From NCBI RefSeq assembly GCF_009914755.1, contig NC_060928.1: DNA of 64,000 nucleotides; one strand, given 5' to 3'. Each line of letters begins with the position of its first letter. Positions within the stretch are counted from its first letter, which is position 1. Position numbers and translations under genes: made by a program. The notes under the pieces are model-generated. The model had not been told where the DNA came from. It searched no databases and was given only the letters and a program-made list of their open reading frames with translations. Positions 1-27,574 of the stretch are shown piece by piece. The DNA comes from the human T2T-CHM13v2.0 reference genome, Homo sapiens.

Positions 1-379
1 TCACAAAGTGGTGGCTTAGGACAGAAATGCACTGGCCAGCCGTCCTTGGAGGCTGGGAGTCCAGGACCAAGACGCCAGCAGGGCCATGCCCCTCTGAAGG
101 CTCTGGGGAGGGACTGATCAGGCCTCCCTCCTGGCTCTGGCATCACTCCAGTCTTCCCACCGCATTCTCCCTGCGTGTGCCTGTGTGCAAGTCTCCCCAT
201 TTTATAAGGATATCAGTCATTTTGGGGCAGGACCCACCATGCTCCAGTGTGACCCCATCTTAACTCATTACATCTGCAACAACCCTATTTCCAAGTAAGT
301 GCACATTCTGAAGTACTGGGGGGGGTCAGGACTTCAACATGTGACTGTTGGGGCCGGACCTCACTCAACCCCTAAAACA
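1..379 (-). mobile_element. MLT1-type (ERVL-MaLR) LTR, partial at window edge
   Basis: Typical MLT1 blocks (gggccatgcccctctgaaggctct; cccatcttaactcattacatctgcaacaaccctatttcca; cacattctgaagtactgggg), ending in ...aacccctaaaaca, which is the 5' TGT terminus on the minus strand. Confidence 0.7.
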
Positions 380-1611
380 AGCTGTATTTTATTTCACCAC
401 GGCGACACACACAGGGTGCTGGCTTACAAACCAATACTGAGCTACTCCCAAACGTGCAGAGGCCTCACCCCTGCCACTCCACAGTGGCCACTTCCACCCC
501 TTCAGCCCTGTCCTTGGGTACTTACTACACCCATGCACACAGCCCGCAGACACTGCTGCTCCTGGACTGTGCCCCAGCGCGCCCCTCTGAGCATCATCTG
601 CTGGCTTGAAGGCACGTCAGGGTGTATCTCTTTGCCAACACAGCCCCACCCCACACCTCCCAATACGGCCGTGTGAACATTTTGTCAAGTCATCGCTGAC
701 ATTATCACGTCACTATAGTGTTTCCAGTTAGGCCACACAGTGGGGTCTGTTCTCCAAAGTTCATAATTCCTTCCTTTTTACAAGTGCAAAGTTTCTGCCT
801 AGTATAAACTCTTGCCCCAATCTCCCCAGCAGATTTATAAACCTCCTAGGAATAAGCCCTTTGGTCAAAGACATCAGGACACCTTCAGCCCTTTTGCTCC
901 TGGAGTCCCACCTTGTACTCAGCACTGGCGGGGCTGTGCTCTAGCCCACTCGGGGCACCCCTCCCCCTCATCTTGCAGCTTCCTGAGAAGGGGGGCACGT
1001 GAAGACCACACCTCTTCTCTCCTCCACTTCTGTAAGAAGCCCACTCCCAGGATGCCTGCTCAGCTTTCAGGGTCTTCTCTCGCCCCAACTTTAGAAAATG
1101 CTCAAGGCGCCTCAAGCAAGGTCTTCCTTGGTCCAGAGACCACGTCCTTCCAGCCTGGCTCATGGCGCACTCTGCACCCCACCCTGGTCTGCATCTCCGT
1201 CTGTTCCTGGACTCCGTGTCCCACGCTTGCTGCTGTTGCCGCTGTTCTAGGATCTATCCTCCGCTCCTCCAACCCTTCCAATGACGTGTGTATGCTTCAC
1301 CCCCAAGGGCTCCCTCCTCTTCTCCAAATGCCCATGTCGGGACCTGTCTTCACGCTTATCTCTAAGCCTACATATACAGGGCTGCTTTTCATGGGGGGTT
1401 TTAAATTACTTTTTCTGGTCCCTGCACTCTGTATCTCAGCTCCCTTAGTCTTCTCTGCTTTTCCTGGCTTCTGCTTTCACACTGGAGGTTTCCTCTGATG
1501 TTGCTCACTCTGGCTCTCCATTCACACAGAGAGGGAAGAGCTGTCAACACGCTGTCTCACTGCAGAGGGATGCAGTGGCCGTGTCCTCCCTTCAGATGGC
1601 AAGAGAACTCA

Positions 1612-4975
<3,364 letters not shown>

Positions 4976-4980
4976 CTCGA

Positions 4981-6437
<1,457 letters not shown>

Positions 6438-7298
6438 TTAATTTCCTTTTTTAGAAAAACATTTTCCCTGTTCCCAATGCACCGGTGAAAAATACCTGTT
6501 TTCTTAGTTCTTTTATCTACCAGCTAAAAATGTGTACTCTCTCGGATTAGAGCCTCTTTCTATTTCTGTTTCCTGTGCACATCATTGCATGTGAGCAACT
6601 ACCTCTGTAACTAGAAAGGCCTCACTATAGAGCAACTACCTCTATAACTAGAAATGCATGCACTAAAAAAAAAAAGAAAAAATTACTTTGGCATTTTCTC
6701 TTATATACTTCAAGTGGTAACAAAAACGTTCTGTGGTCCCCACGTGCAATCTAAGAAACATAAGGACGCATCCAAAGGGGCGGAACAATTACCAAGGCCT
6801 CAGTGAGTGTGACCCTCAAAGTCGCAACACAGAACACAACAGAGGGACAAAGCTGCAGAATCAAAAGCTCTAAGTTCACGGGACAGCACGGGGAATCAAC
6901 TATCAAGCCACAGAAGGGGATCAGGACTGCCAGTACCCAGCGCACAAGGAGGACTCAAGGAGGCGGGACAATGGCGCCGGACGAGGGAAAACTACAATTG
7001 TCTGAAAGAACTACCACCTAGTTTTCCTGCGCTAACTAACCCAATTTAAAGAAAAGTCACTGTTTCTAAACAATGTCAGTTTCCATTTTGGGGTAATATT
7101 GAAGAGCTTCAAATAAATCAAAACCGTTTCCCAGCCTACCTTCAGGGTGCAAGGGTGCACTTCCCTTCTAGCACCCACTCTGATGAGGGAGAAGGTCAGG
7201 CGACAGGAGGGTGTTTAAAGCAGCATCAATATGTTCAGGTTAAATTTCTTAAATATTGTGAAACGGAAGCACATTCTTTTCCTTTTTTGTTTCGTTTT

Positions 7299-7406
7299 AA
7301 GACTAGTCAAGTGCAGTAGTGAGAAAGGGGAAAGAGTGGAACAAGGAGTTCGATCTGTAACGGACTGAACAAGCAACAGAGAAAACTCACTCCCTTGGCA
7401 CCAGCC
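7299..7406 (-). pseudogene. Y RNA (hY1/RNY1-derived) retropseudogene
   Basis: Reverse complement GGCTGGTGCCAAGGGAGTGAGTTTTCTC...GTTACAGATCGAACTCCTTGTTCCACTCTTTCCCCTTTCTCACTACTGCACTTGACTAGTCTT matches full-length hY1. A-rich tail at 7279-7298; 11-bp TSD agcacattctt at 7268-7278 and 7410-7420. Confidence 0.93.
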
Positions 7407-7549
7407 ACGAGCACATTCTTGAAGCCAAACTCATCCATCCGTACTGGGAGATAGATGATCATAGAAACATCAAGTGTGAGTCTGGTTTGAGTTTAAAACG
7501 AAAAGTGCTTTAGAGTTATGGAAACTTAGCTTCAAAGAAGAGGCACCAA

Positions 7550-8950
7550 GGATGCCGCGCGAAAACTCACGAGGCCACTTAACACAGGCTGCGTGGGAAA
7601 CAGGGGCTCCGCGACTGCGCTCAGATTAACGGAAAAAGACACCCCTCTAGAGTCCGGCAGCAGCGGGCGGGCACCGGCGCCTTCTCCACACAGGAGAATC
7701 TCGGCGATTTACACCCCCAGGCTACGCAGAAAAAGCGGCTTCGGAATCCGCCGCAAGTCCCCTCCTCGGGTCGCCGGGGAAGTCTGGCCTCCCGCGTCTG
7801 GGTCCCCTTCGGGACGCCCCAAGGCCCCGTTTACCACGGCGACTCCCCGCCTCTCGCGCCACCGAACCACGGCGCGGGGCCACCAGGGCGGGCCTCGCCT
7901 CGTGCGGAAAAGTCGCCTCGACGGGCGGCGCAGACGGCGGAGGCAGGGGGACGTAGTCCACGCGCCCAGCTCGGAGCGCAGGGCCCCGCGCCCACGACCG
8001 CCCGCGCCCTCCACGTGCCGCGGGCAAAGCTCGGAGCCGGTGCGCCGAGGAATGGGCAGCGTGGACAAGAGAGGAGGGGGCGGCGGCGCGCTCCGCCCGG
8101 GCTCGGTACCTGAGCGCGGCCGCGGGGGGGCGGAGCGAGAAGACTGCCGGCCGCCCAGGCCCCGCTCGCTCAGGGCGACGCGCCTCAGCCGCGGCGGAAC
8201 AAAACCGCGGCCGCCGCCCCGCCCCCTCCGGCCGCCCTCATTGGCCGCCCGCGCCCCGCCGCCGCCGCGAGCCCGTCAGCCGCCGCCTTCTCCACGCCGG
8301 CCCTCAGCCGCGCCGCGCCGACGGAGGGGGCGGGGCCTCCAGGCGCCCAGGCTCGCACCGCCCACCGAGTCCGCAGCGCGCCCTGTGCGAGGGTCTGGCC
8401 CCGCCCCCGGATCGACGCCCCGCCCCCTGCGCGCGTGCGTGCCTGGCACTCGGCGGCGTCCTCCAGGCCTAGAAGGCAAGACCTGTGGCGGCGGCGACCT
8501 GAGGCGGCGGGGCAGGACGCGCAGCGAGGAGGGCCCGGTCGGCACTAGCCGTGGCTCAGGCGGTGACCCAGCCCGGGGCGCGCGGTCTCGGGGCCCGAGG
8601 CTCGCCGCCGCCGCCTTCCCGCCTGCCGTCTGCCCGCTGTGTAGCCGTTGGCAGGTCGCTCGCCCTCTCGGGTCGCACTTCTGCACCTGCACAGTGTGAA
8701 TTAGGCCCTCGCTCATGGTCGCCGAGGGCGGACCGTGCTGCAGGGCTCCTTCTGGCGATAGGCGGGGTTGGGGCCTGGTTCCGTCCGAGCACAGCAGGCC
8801 CAGGGAGACCGGACTCTTGGGGGGTCCCTAGGGATGAGCACCCTGCAGAGGAGAGGGTGGCGGGCAGCGGAAGGAGGCCGTGCCCCGCTCTCGGGGTCTC
8901 CAGCAAATTCCCAGGAAGGGGGTCCCTGCCTCCCTCTCCAGCCTCCCGTG
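7550..8950. promoter_or_regulatory. CpG island promoter (FAM53A 5' end)
   Basis: Very high GC and CpG content, many GC boxes, ATTGG at about 8240, perfect E2F-type TTTTCGCGC (minus strand) at 7557-7565. Confidence 0.85.
8110..8190 (-). other. FAM53A: Probable non-coding first exon of FAM53A; intron 1 runs to the left edge of the window; 5' end approximate
   Basis: Minus-strand donor CTCAG|GTACCG at 8110/8109 inside the CpG island. Gene identity is inferred from the known order FAM53A-SLBP-TMEM129-TACC3; no FAM53A coding sequence is in the window. Confidence 0.55.
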
Positions 8951-9920
8951 CTGGGGCTCGGGTGTGTCCTGGCTGAGATGAGCCGCCTGACCCAGGGCGG
9001 GCCTCTGACGGCCAGGTGTGCTGGCCCTGGGCTGTGTGGATATCCGCCGACTCTGGAGATTCCACTGAGGTAGGGCGGGATTTATTTCAGACCAGATGAT
9101 TTCTCAAAGGTGCAGGAGAACAATGCTCCCCACCCCTGGCGAGGGGCCCCTGGGGTGGGAGGGGCCTGAGGGACCCTGCGGTCCAGTGCCTCCCCATGTG
9201 CGTCCCCTGAGGGTTTGGTGGGGGTGGGGAGAAGGGGTGGTCTGACGGGAGAAAGAGCTACCTGTGTCCCCTGGCCACCGTGGGGCTCGGTGGCCACGTC
9301 CCACAGTGGACACTGTGGGCAGACAGATGCATGGAGGCCGGCTGGTTCCGGGAATAGGCTATGGGTGAGGCCATGCAGCACCCCTGGGGCTGGATGCTGG
9401 GGGAGGCATCGGGGCTCCCAGGGGTCAGGCTGGGGCCTCCCAACAGGTTCTGGGCCTGGTAAGGCTAGTCCGGTGCAGGCTGCGAAGCCAGGCCAGCTGA
9501 CACCAGGACTGGCTGGAGTCAGCCTCACCTGTCTGGAAGAGTGGGAGTCCCAGCGGGGCTGGGGAGGGGAGAAGGGCTGGAGCAGGCGTCCAGGCCATTC
9601 TCTTCGCTGGGGTCCGGTAATCCCCCACCTGCAACAGTCAGGCTGTGCTGGCCAGGTTACCCAAAGACAAGTGTCTTTGTGACATGGACCAGAGCAGAAA
9701 GTGGCCAGAAGAGGATGAGGGCACCTGTGCCCGGGGCGAGGCTCTGCCCATGGCAGCCCCTCCTGAGCTGGGTTTCCATCCTGGCCCCTGTGGACTGGAG
9801 ACAACCACTTCAAATCACAAACGTCAGAGCTGTGTGACTGATTAACTTATATCTACCCACCCCTCTCAGCCATTACTTGGATAATTATTAAGGGCTTTTA
9901 GTGGATTAAGAAATAGAGTC

Positions 9921-11513
<1,593 letters not shown>

Positions 11514-11575
11514 TTATGTTATTTTCCATACTCTTCTGTATACCTCATGTATCTTTCACAATTTAAAAAAATTAA

Positions 11576-14580
<3,005 letters not shown>

Positions 14581-14687
14581 GTTTAAAAAGCCCAGAATCT
14601 CACCTGAATCCACTGCCTTGTGGAGGAGGCTCCTGACAGCTCCTGTGTTGAGCCTCTCTCCATGTAAAGACTGTCCCCAGCCCCCAC

Positions 14688-14715
14688 CACACACATGCAC
14701 ACACACACACACACC
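14688..14715. repeat. (CA)n microsatellite, interrupted
   Basis: cacacacatgcacacacacacacacac. Confidence 0.85.
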
Positions 14716-15149
14716 CCCACCGCAATGAACAGCGGGGACAGACCTAGGACACCTGCTGCAAATGCTCCCAGGAGTCCCTGGCCCACAGCAAGTCTGAAAT
14801 CCAGCTGGGCACACATCACCTGGCAGTCCCCTAAGCCAGCCTCAGTCCTCCAGGCTCCTGGCTCCATCTCTGAATTATCCTTCTTTTTCACAAAAGGCAG
14901 CCTGTGTTTGCAGCTGGAGAGTTTTATCTTCCTACTTCCCGCTGGTAGGAACCTGAGGGTTCAAGGCCTCTTGTATTGCCTGGCCCTTTCAGTCCAGCCT
15001 GGCAGCAGCTTCCGCCCATGTTAATTCTGTGACTCTTAATAGGGTTCAGTTCATTAGAAGCCACACCTGTGGGGCTTTTCAGACTAGCACCATCTTGGGC
15101 TCCTGCAGAGGAGCAAGAAGTCTTATTGAGGGAAAGAAAGGTTCTAACA

Positions 15150-16537
<1,388 letters not shown>

Positions 16538-16689
16538 AGAAGGCCCTTTACCCAGCGCCACTCACTGAGTGCCACTTGCTTCAGACACAAGAAAGGCAGA
16601 CACAATTCTGACCCTCCAAACATGTCAGCTCTCACGGCAGCTGGCCCACCTGGCAACAGCCCCAGTCAGTGAAAGAGGGTTCTTTCCTT

Positions 16690-16695
16690 TTTATT
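16690..16695 (-). terminator. SLBP distal poly(A) signal AATAAA
   Basis: tttatt on plus strand, at the end of an about 780-nt AT-rich 3' UTR. Confidence 0.75.
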
Positions 16696-17471
16696 TTTGC
16701 AATATCCCATACAAAAGCAATAGAAACGTAACAGTCTTAACAAGAAGTTTACAATTGAATATTTGAACAGAAAATCTGTACACATTATCATTTACAGCAA
16801 TTTTACATGGTAAATTAACTGATTGTTTTAAAATGTTCTTTCTAAATCGCTCCACTCTGCTGCCCTAACTCTTGGAGTATTCTAAAGAGTCTAACTAGTG
16901 CTATTTACAAGTACCAAATTAAGACCATATAACTTACATAAAACTCATTAGTTTAACAGCTCAATTTAACAATGTCTGACTTCAGAATGCTGTTATGACA
17001 TATTGATAAAAGGCCAAAAATTAAGTTTCCATAAAGATATTAAAGGTGTCTGAGAATACTTTGATGCCTATAAAAGTAGCTGACTCTCAATTGGTCCCAT
17101 GGATTACATGGTTAAATCCAAAACAGTCCACCTGACAAGCAATAACTGAAGATGCCTGTGGAAAACCAGTTATGTAGACGTGTCAGCTTACCCTGGAGGA
17201 CAACAGGGATTACGCAATTAAGCTCGCTGGAAGAGAGCTTCAAGTACTTTCTTGGACTTAGCTCCATTTACAATTTAAAACATGCAAAATATACTCACTA
17301 TACATAAAATTAATGTTTCTTAAGAAAGTAAGGCAAAAATAATTCAGCATGAGCTAATGGACTGCTAACAGAGAAACCACCAGGTACAAGTGCACACACA
17401 TGCTTGGTGCCTGGCCAGCCTTCCACCTAGTCGGGGAGGAGCTGTTTCTCTTCCTGGCCGCCAGGGGGCAG

Positions 17472-17588
17472 TTAGCTCATGGCTGAGAAGTCTCTCAAGG
17501 GTTCAGTTAAACAAGCTTCCAAATCAAACTCATCCTCCACTTGACTGTCCATGTGTCTCACCTTGGTGGGTGTGCCAGAGTACACATC
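17472..17588 (-). CDS. SLBP: SLBP exon 8 ([10 protein letters not shown]...DFSAMS*)
   Basis: Acceptor CCAG|GAT; TAA at 17472-17474; completes the 813-nt CDS (270 aa). Confidence 0.96.
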   Translation of the reverse strand, partial: DVYSGTPTKVRHMDSQVEDEFDLEACLTEPLRDFSAMS

Positions 17589-18084
17589 CTGGAAAACAGA
17601 AGCATGGCTCGGTTGACATTCATCTCACCCTGAAAACAGGGGCCCCTTCCTACACCCCACTCCTTATGTGGTAAATCATGTGATGTAATGCACAGCAAGG
17701 TGTACACTTCACGTGCAACTGAGACAGATTTTAATAATAACACTGCAAAGAGAAACCACATGTACCATTTACAAGACACTGACGTTTAGATGTGCACACA
17801 TCCCATTGTGCTGGGATTACAGGAAGGAGTCACTAGTCACTGTGCCTGGCCATGTACATAGTTTATAAGCACAGAAAGAATTGTAAAAGCCTAGACAAAA
17901 CCACAAATAGTGGCTGTCTCAGGACAGGAGACAGTATTTAAACTGATACATTTAAAAACGGTTTTCTTTTCTCTTGAGACAGAGTCTCACTCTGTCACAC
18001 AGGGTGGAGGGCAGTGGTACAATTTCGGCTCATTGCCACCTCTGCCTCCCGGGTTCAAGTGATTCTCCTGCCTCAGCCTCCTGA

Positions 18085-18623
<539 letters not shown>

Positions 18624-18648
18624 TGAAAGACTTATCCAAAGTACTTAC

Positions 18649-18715
18649 AAAGTCATCCTGAGAGCTGGTCTGGGGCTCGGAGCTGCTTTCTGCAGATTCA
18701 AGGTCTACAGGGTGT
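18649..18715 (-). CDS. SLBP: SLBP exon 7 (HPVDLESAESSSEPQTSSQDDF)
   Basis: AACAG|AC ... TTT|GTAAGT; 67 nt. Confidence 0.95.
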
Positions 18716-20076
18716 CTGTTAAACAAGATCCAACATGTGCGTCAGGCACTAACTTAACAAAGCCAGGAGACGGGGCGCTACAGACAAACCCCATCCATAT
18801 GGTACAGCCACAACACTGACAGTGTGCCCGAGGCTCCCTGAGGGGTCAGCTTTCAGTGACTATTTGACAGACTTAATCCCAGCCCAATCAATCCAGCAAA
18901 GAGAAAGCGGATGGCAATGAGAAGCAACAAAAAGATCTGCTGGGCTCACCACACAAGCATCCTTGGAAACAGAAACACTCATAAGCCCAATTTTTGAGGG
19001 GGAGAAATGAGCACTGTGATGAACATACTATGCATTATCACTAATTTTTCCAAGTTTCTACTCAGAGAATGGGACAATGGTGTCACACTGGGGGAAAAAA
19101 CCCAAATGACATCTGTCAGGACAAACTGGTAAAGCCACTTACAATCGTTTCAAACATGCCAGTCTCTAAAAAATTTCCCAGCACAGAGGAGAAACTCTAA
19201 TTGTTTGTTTAAAGAATGTGTCTGAGGAAGCGAGAGGCTCAGGACCAGAGGGGAGCTGAGAAGAAACCCCACATAGAGGGAGGGAGGTACACGATCATTC
19301 TCTCTACCTTCCTGGTCAGCAGGTATTGCCATGATGCAGCAAAAGTTCAGGCCTGAGACATTTCAACTAGGCACAAGTTTAAAGGCCAACGGGGCTGGGA
19401 GCAGTGGCTCACCCCTGTAATCCCAGCACTTTGGGAGGCTGAGGCGGGTAGATCACAAGGTCAGGAATTACATGGTGAAACCCCATCTCCACTAAAAATA
19501 CAAAAAATAGCTGGGCGTGGTGGCGCGTGCCTGTAATCCCAGCTACTCAGGAGGCTGAGGCAGGAGAACCACCTGAACCCAGAAGGTGAAGGTTGCAGTG
19601 AGCCGGGATCACGCCACTGCACTCCAGCCTCGGTGACAGAGCATCTCCCAAAAAAAAAAAGCCAACAGAGAAAGAAAGCCTTCCTTCCTTAATTAAGAAC
19701 TTTTATTTTCATGGTTGAGCCGAAATGACTCAAATACTTTTTAGGATATTTATATTTAAAAAACAAATTCCAGAGATTATTGTAATTTTTAGGGGAAAAA
19801 CAACTACAACAACAAAAACAGCAAAACAACAAACAAAAACTGTATTCCCAGATTGACTTTGCTTGAAAAAATAAATTCAATCCAGGAAGCAAACTCTTCC
19901 TTCCAGCTGCCTCCCTCCCAGTACAGAAGAACTCAGCACCGAGCTGCAGCAGCTGCTCTGCTCCCCAACAGCTGCTGGGGGACTTGGCACCAGACCTCCT
20001 GTCCCAGTGGTGCGCAGCTGCTCCAGTCACTGGACCAATCAGAGAATCACAGGACAAGAATGCAATAAAGACATAC

Positions 20077-20226
20077 ATTTCTTGCAAATCACATCCTTCT
20101 TCCGCTGGAGGATCCCAAAAATGCAGAGCCACCTTCCAGAGTTTGATTTGCTGGTCCCATGAACGTCGACTATACTTCTTAAATTTATTAGGGGTCTTGG
20201 GATGAATGCCAGGTTGTCGAAGGTGT
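20077..20226 (-). CDS. SLBP: SLBP exon 6, RNA-binding domain C-half (HPKTPNK...[17 protein letters not shown])
   Basis: TGTAG|AC ... AAT|GTATGT; 150 nt; contains the TPNK motif (Thr171). Confidence 0.97.
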
Positions 20227-21030
20227 CTACAGGAGAAAGATTATTCTAGCACATGCCCACATGCCACTCACATTTCCACATTAGCCTGAAGATTAACCAA
20301 ACTATGAGATTAGTATTATTTTAAATATTATAGATCACCAGGCATGGTGGCTCATGCCTGTAATCCTAGCATTTTGGGAGGTCATGCCAAGATCACTTAA
20401 GCTCAGGAATTTAAAAATGGCCTGGGCAACACAGTGAGACCTCGTCTCTATTTAAAAAAAAAAACAAAACAGAACAAAAAAACAGCTAGGGGCTGGGAGC
20501 GGTGGCTCACACCTATAATCCTAGCATTTTGGGAGGCCAAGGTGGGTGGATCACCTGAGGTCAGCAGTTCGAGACCAGCTTGGCCAACATGGTGAAACCC
20601 CGTCTCTACTAAAAATGCAAAAATTAGCCGGGCGTGGTGGCCTGTGCCTGTAATCCTAGCTATTAGGGGGCTGAGGGAGGAGGATCGCCTGAACCCGGGA
20701 GGCAGAGCTTGCAGTGAGCCGAGATCGTGCCACTGCACTCCAGCATGGGCAACACAGCGAGACTTCACCTCCAAAAAAAAAAAAAACAAACGCTGCTGGG
20801 TGTGGCAAATCACTTGAACTCAAGAGCCTGAGATCAGGCTGGCCAACATGATGAAACCTCATCTCTACTAAAAATACCAAAAATTAGCCAGTCATGGTGG
20901 CTTATGCCTTGAGTCCCAGCTACTCCAGCGGCTGAGGCAGAAGAATTGCTTGAACCTGGGAGGCGATGGTTGCAATGAGCCTAGATCATGCCACTGCAAC
21001 TCCAGTCTGGTCAACAGAGCAAGACTCCAC

Positions 21031-21063
<33 letters not shown>

Positions 21064-21141
21064 CCGGGCACAGTGGTTCACGCTGTAATCCCAGCACTTT
21101 GGGAGGCTGAGGCAGGCAGATCACCTGAGATCAGAAGTTCA

Positions 21142-21366
<225 letters not shown>

Positions 21367-21429
21367 TCAACTGAGATCCTACAAAATGAACAAATATGTT
21401 TAAAAAAATTAAAAAATTAAAAAGCACTA

Positions 21430-21696
<267 letters not shown>

Positions 21697-22380
21697 CTAG
21701 AGTGAAACTCGGTCTCAAAAAAATCACTATCCGCTGGGCACAGTGGCTCACGCTTGTAATCACAGTACTTTGGGAGGACTACTTGAGGCCAGGAGTTCAA
21801 GACCAGCCTGGGCGACATAGGGAGACTCCCATCTCTATAAAAATTTAAAAGTTTAGCCAGGTGTGGCGGCATGCACCGCTGGTCCCAGCTACTCAGGAGG
21901 TTGAGGTAGGAGGATTGCTTGAGGCCAGGAGTTAAGACTACAGTGAGCCATGATGGTTGGGCGTGGTGGCTCACCCCTGTAATCCCAGCACTGTGGGAGG
22001 CAGAGACAGACGGATCACGAGATCAGCAGTGCGAGACCAGCCTGGCCAATATGGTAAAACCCCATCTCTACTGAAAATACGAAAATTAACCAAGTGTGGT
22101 GGCAGGCGCCTGTGGAGGCTGAGGCAGGAGAATCGCTTGAACCCGAGAGGTGGAGTTGAAATTGCGCCACTGCACTCCAGCCTGGGCAACAGAGCAAGAT
22201 TCCGTCTCAAAAAAATGAATACACAGTGAGACATGATATAACACTGCACTTCAGCCTAGGTAACAGCAAGACTCGGTCAGGAGGGAAAAAAAAAAAGCAC
22301 CATCACATTGAATCTTACTATTCCTTTGCCAGCTATGTTCCAAAAAAGTAAAAAAAAAAAAAAAAAATTGTTTTTTTTGA

Positions 22381-22565
<185 letters not shown>

Positions 22566-23438
22566 TAGCCAGGGTGGTCTCGATCTCCTGACCTCATGAT
22601 CCGCACTCCTCGGCCTCCCAAAGTGCTGGGATTACAGGCATGAGCCACTGCACTCAGCCAAAAGTAAAATTTTTTTTTTTAAGAGACAAAGTCTCATACT
22701 CTGCAGCCCAGGCTGGAGTGCAGTGGTGTGATTAATGGTTCACTGTAACGTTGAATTCCTGGGCTGAAGCAGTTCTCCCACCTGTCTCCCAAGTAGCTGG
22801 GACTACAGGTGCAAACCACCACACCTGGCTAATTTTTAAATTTTTTGTAGAGATGAGGTCTCCTTATATTGCCCAGGCTAGTCTCCTGGCCTCAAGCAGT
22901 CCTCTCGGCCTCCCAAAGTGCTGGAATTACAAGCATGAGCCATTGCACCTGGCCCAGAAATGTAAATTTCAACCCCAATCCTGCCAAAAAGTTCAGGAAA
23001 ACACTAAAGCTTTCTTTATATCCTTCTGTGTCTGTGTGTTTGAGGGACCAGGATAGGCAAGAACATGCTGCTTAAAGACAATAGGGCAATGCCAATTTTT
23101 TTTTCTCCAATTAGAATTTTACAATATTTAACTTGAACTTCATTTTTCCCCATCATGTATTTTAATAAGCTTACATCTATGATTGCTGACTCCTAAGAAA
23201 TAAAATGTTATCTAACATTCAAAATTATATGAAAATGATTTTTAAAATCTTCATGTCTTTAGTTTTCCAGTTGCCAATCCATTCTTTATTTACGTCATAA
23301 GCCCCAGTAAGTCCCTATTAAATAGCTCTTAGCAGGTGTGAACTATCCCCAGCATCATTTGTACTACCCAATCTAAGCAACTCTTTAGAAACGCAATGCC
23401 ACACAGCTTGTTCAAGACATGCCACTGAAACAAGACTA

Positions 23439-23702
<264 letters not shown>

Positions 23703-23885
23703 CTAAATAGTCCGGAGACTGCATGTATGGGAATTTAGTACACAACAGATACAGTATTTCAAATTAGTGAAAAAGGTATTAATAAATGCTACTGCGACAG
23801 TCAGCATTTCTGACAGTCACAATTTTTTTTTTTTAACAAATTACAGGTCTATCAAATTAGAAAAGAAACATTTACACAGCCTTTA

Positions 23886-24044
<159 letters not shown>

Positions 24045-24442
24045 CTATGCAATCCAGAAGCTCCGTGGGCCAAAAGAAATCTTTGTCAGGTTCAGTTTAA
24101 GTAGTGAGATCCACACAACAAAAATTTACATTCCCTAAAACTTGGCAGCCTTAAAAAAAGAAAAACAAAACATAAATTGAAATAAATTATTTTAAAAACA
24201 CCAAACTTACTAATGGGACTCATATGCCTACTGGGCACTGCATACCTTCTCCAATCCTGGAGACCAAACGTGCCCCCTTTTCTCTTGTTCCTCATGAACT
24301 TCCTGAGGCATCTGCTTTCTATTGCAGTCATTACCAGAACGCAGTTTTGCAAAAAAAAAAGTATGACATCTCCAAAAGGAGTCTAGCGCAATCTGACGTT
24401 GAAACCACGAGCTACCTTGAGCTCCAAGTTCATGTGAGTATC

Positions 24443-27393
<2,951 letters not shown>

Positions 27394-27469
27394 CTAAGAC
27401 AAATATCAAATTTAATGTGTTACTGAAAACGCCACAGATTAACACTTCAAGGTGGTCCAAAATGTGTAC

Positions 27470-27574
27470 CTTGCCATTTCTTTGTTAACTCTGGTCCTCA
27501 TTTCATCTTCTTCAACTGCACTTGCCCAGTCAGAGCATCTGGAACGGGGTTTAGGGCCTTCAGGAGTGGTAAAG
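27470..27574 (-). CDS. SLBP: SLBP exon 3 (SFTTPEG...DWASAVEE...EMAR)
   Basis: TGCAG|CT ... AAG|GTACAC; 105 nt; SFTTP phosphodegron and DWxxAVEE motif. Confidence 0.96.

Noticed and set aside
812-1498. 228-aa plus-strand ORF
   Set aside because: TTG start, no recognisable homology, antisense intronic location
7593-8699. 368-aa Arg/Pro/Gly-rich ORF (+) and overlapping ORFs
   Set aside because: Lies in a CpG island where stops are depleted; GTG start; no recognisable domain; all frames are open
14630-15050. Possible MaLR-internal or LTR fragment
   Set aside because: Only a vague resemblance; no termini or TSD identifiable by eye
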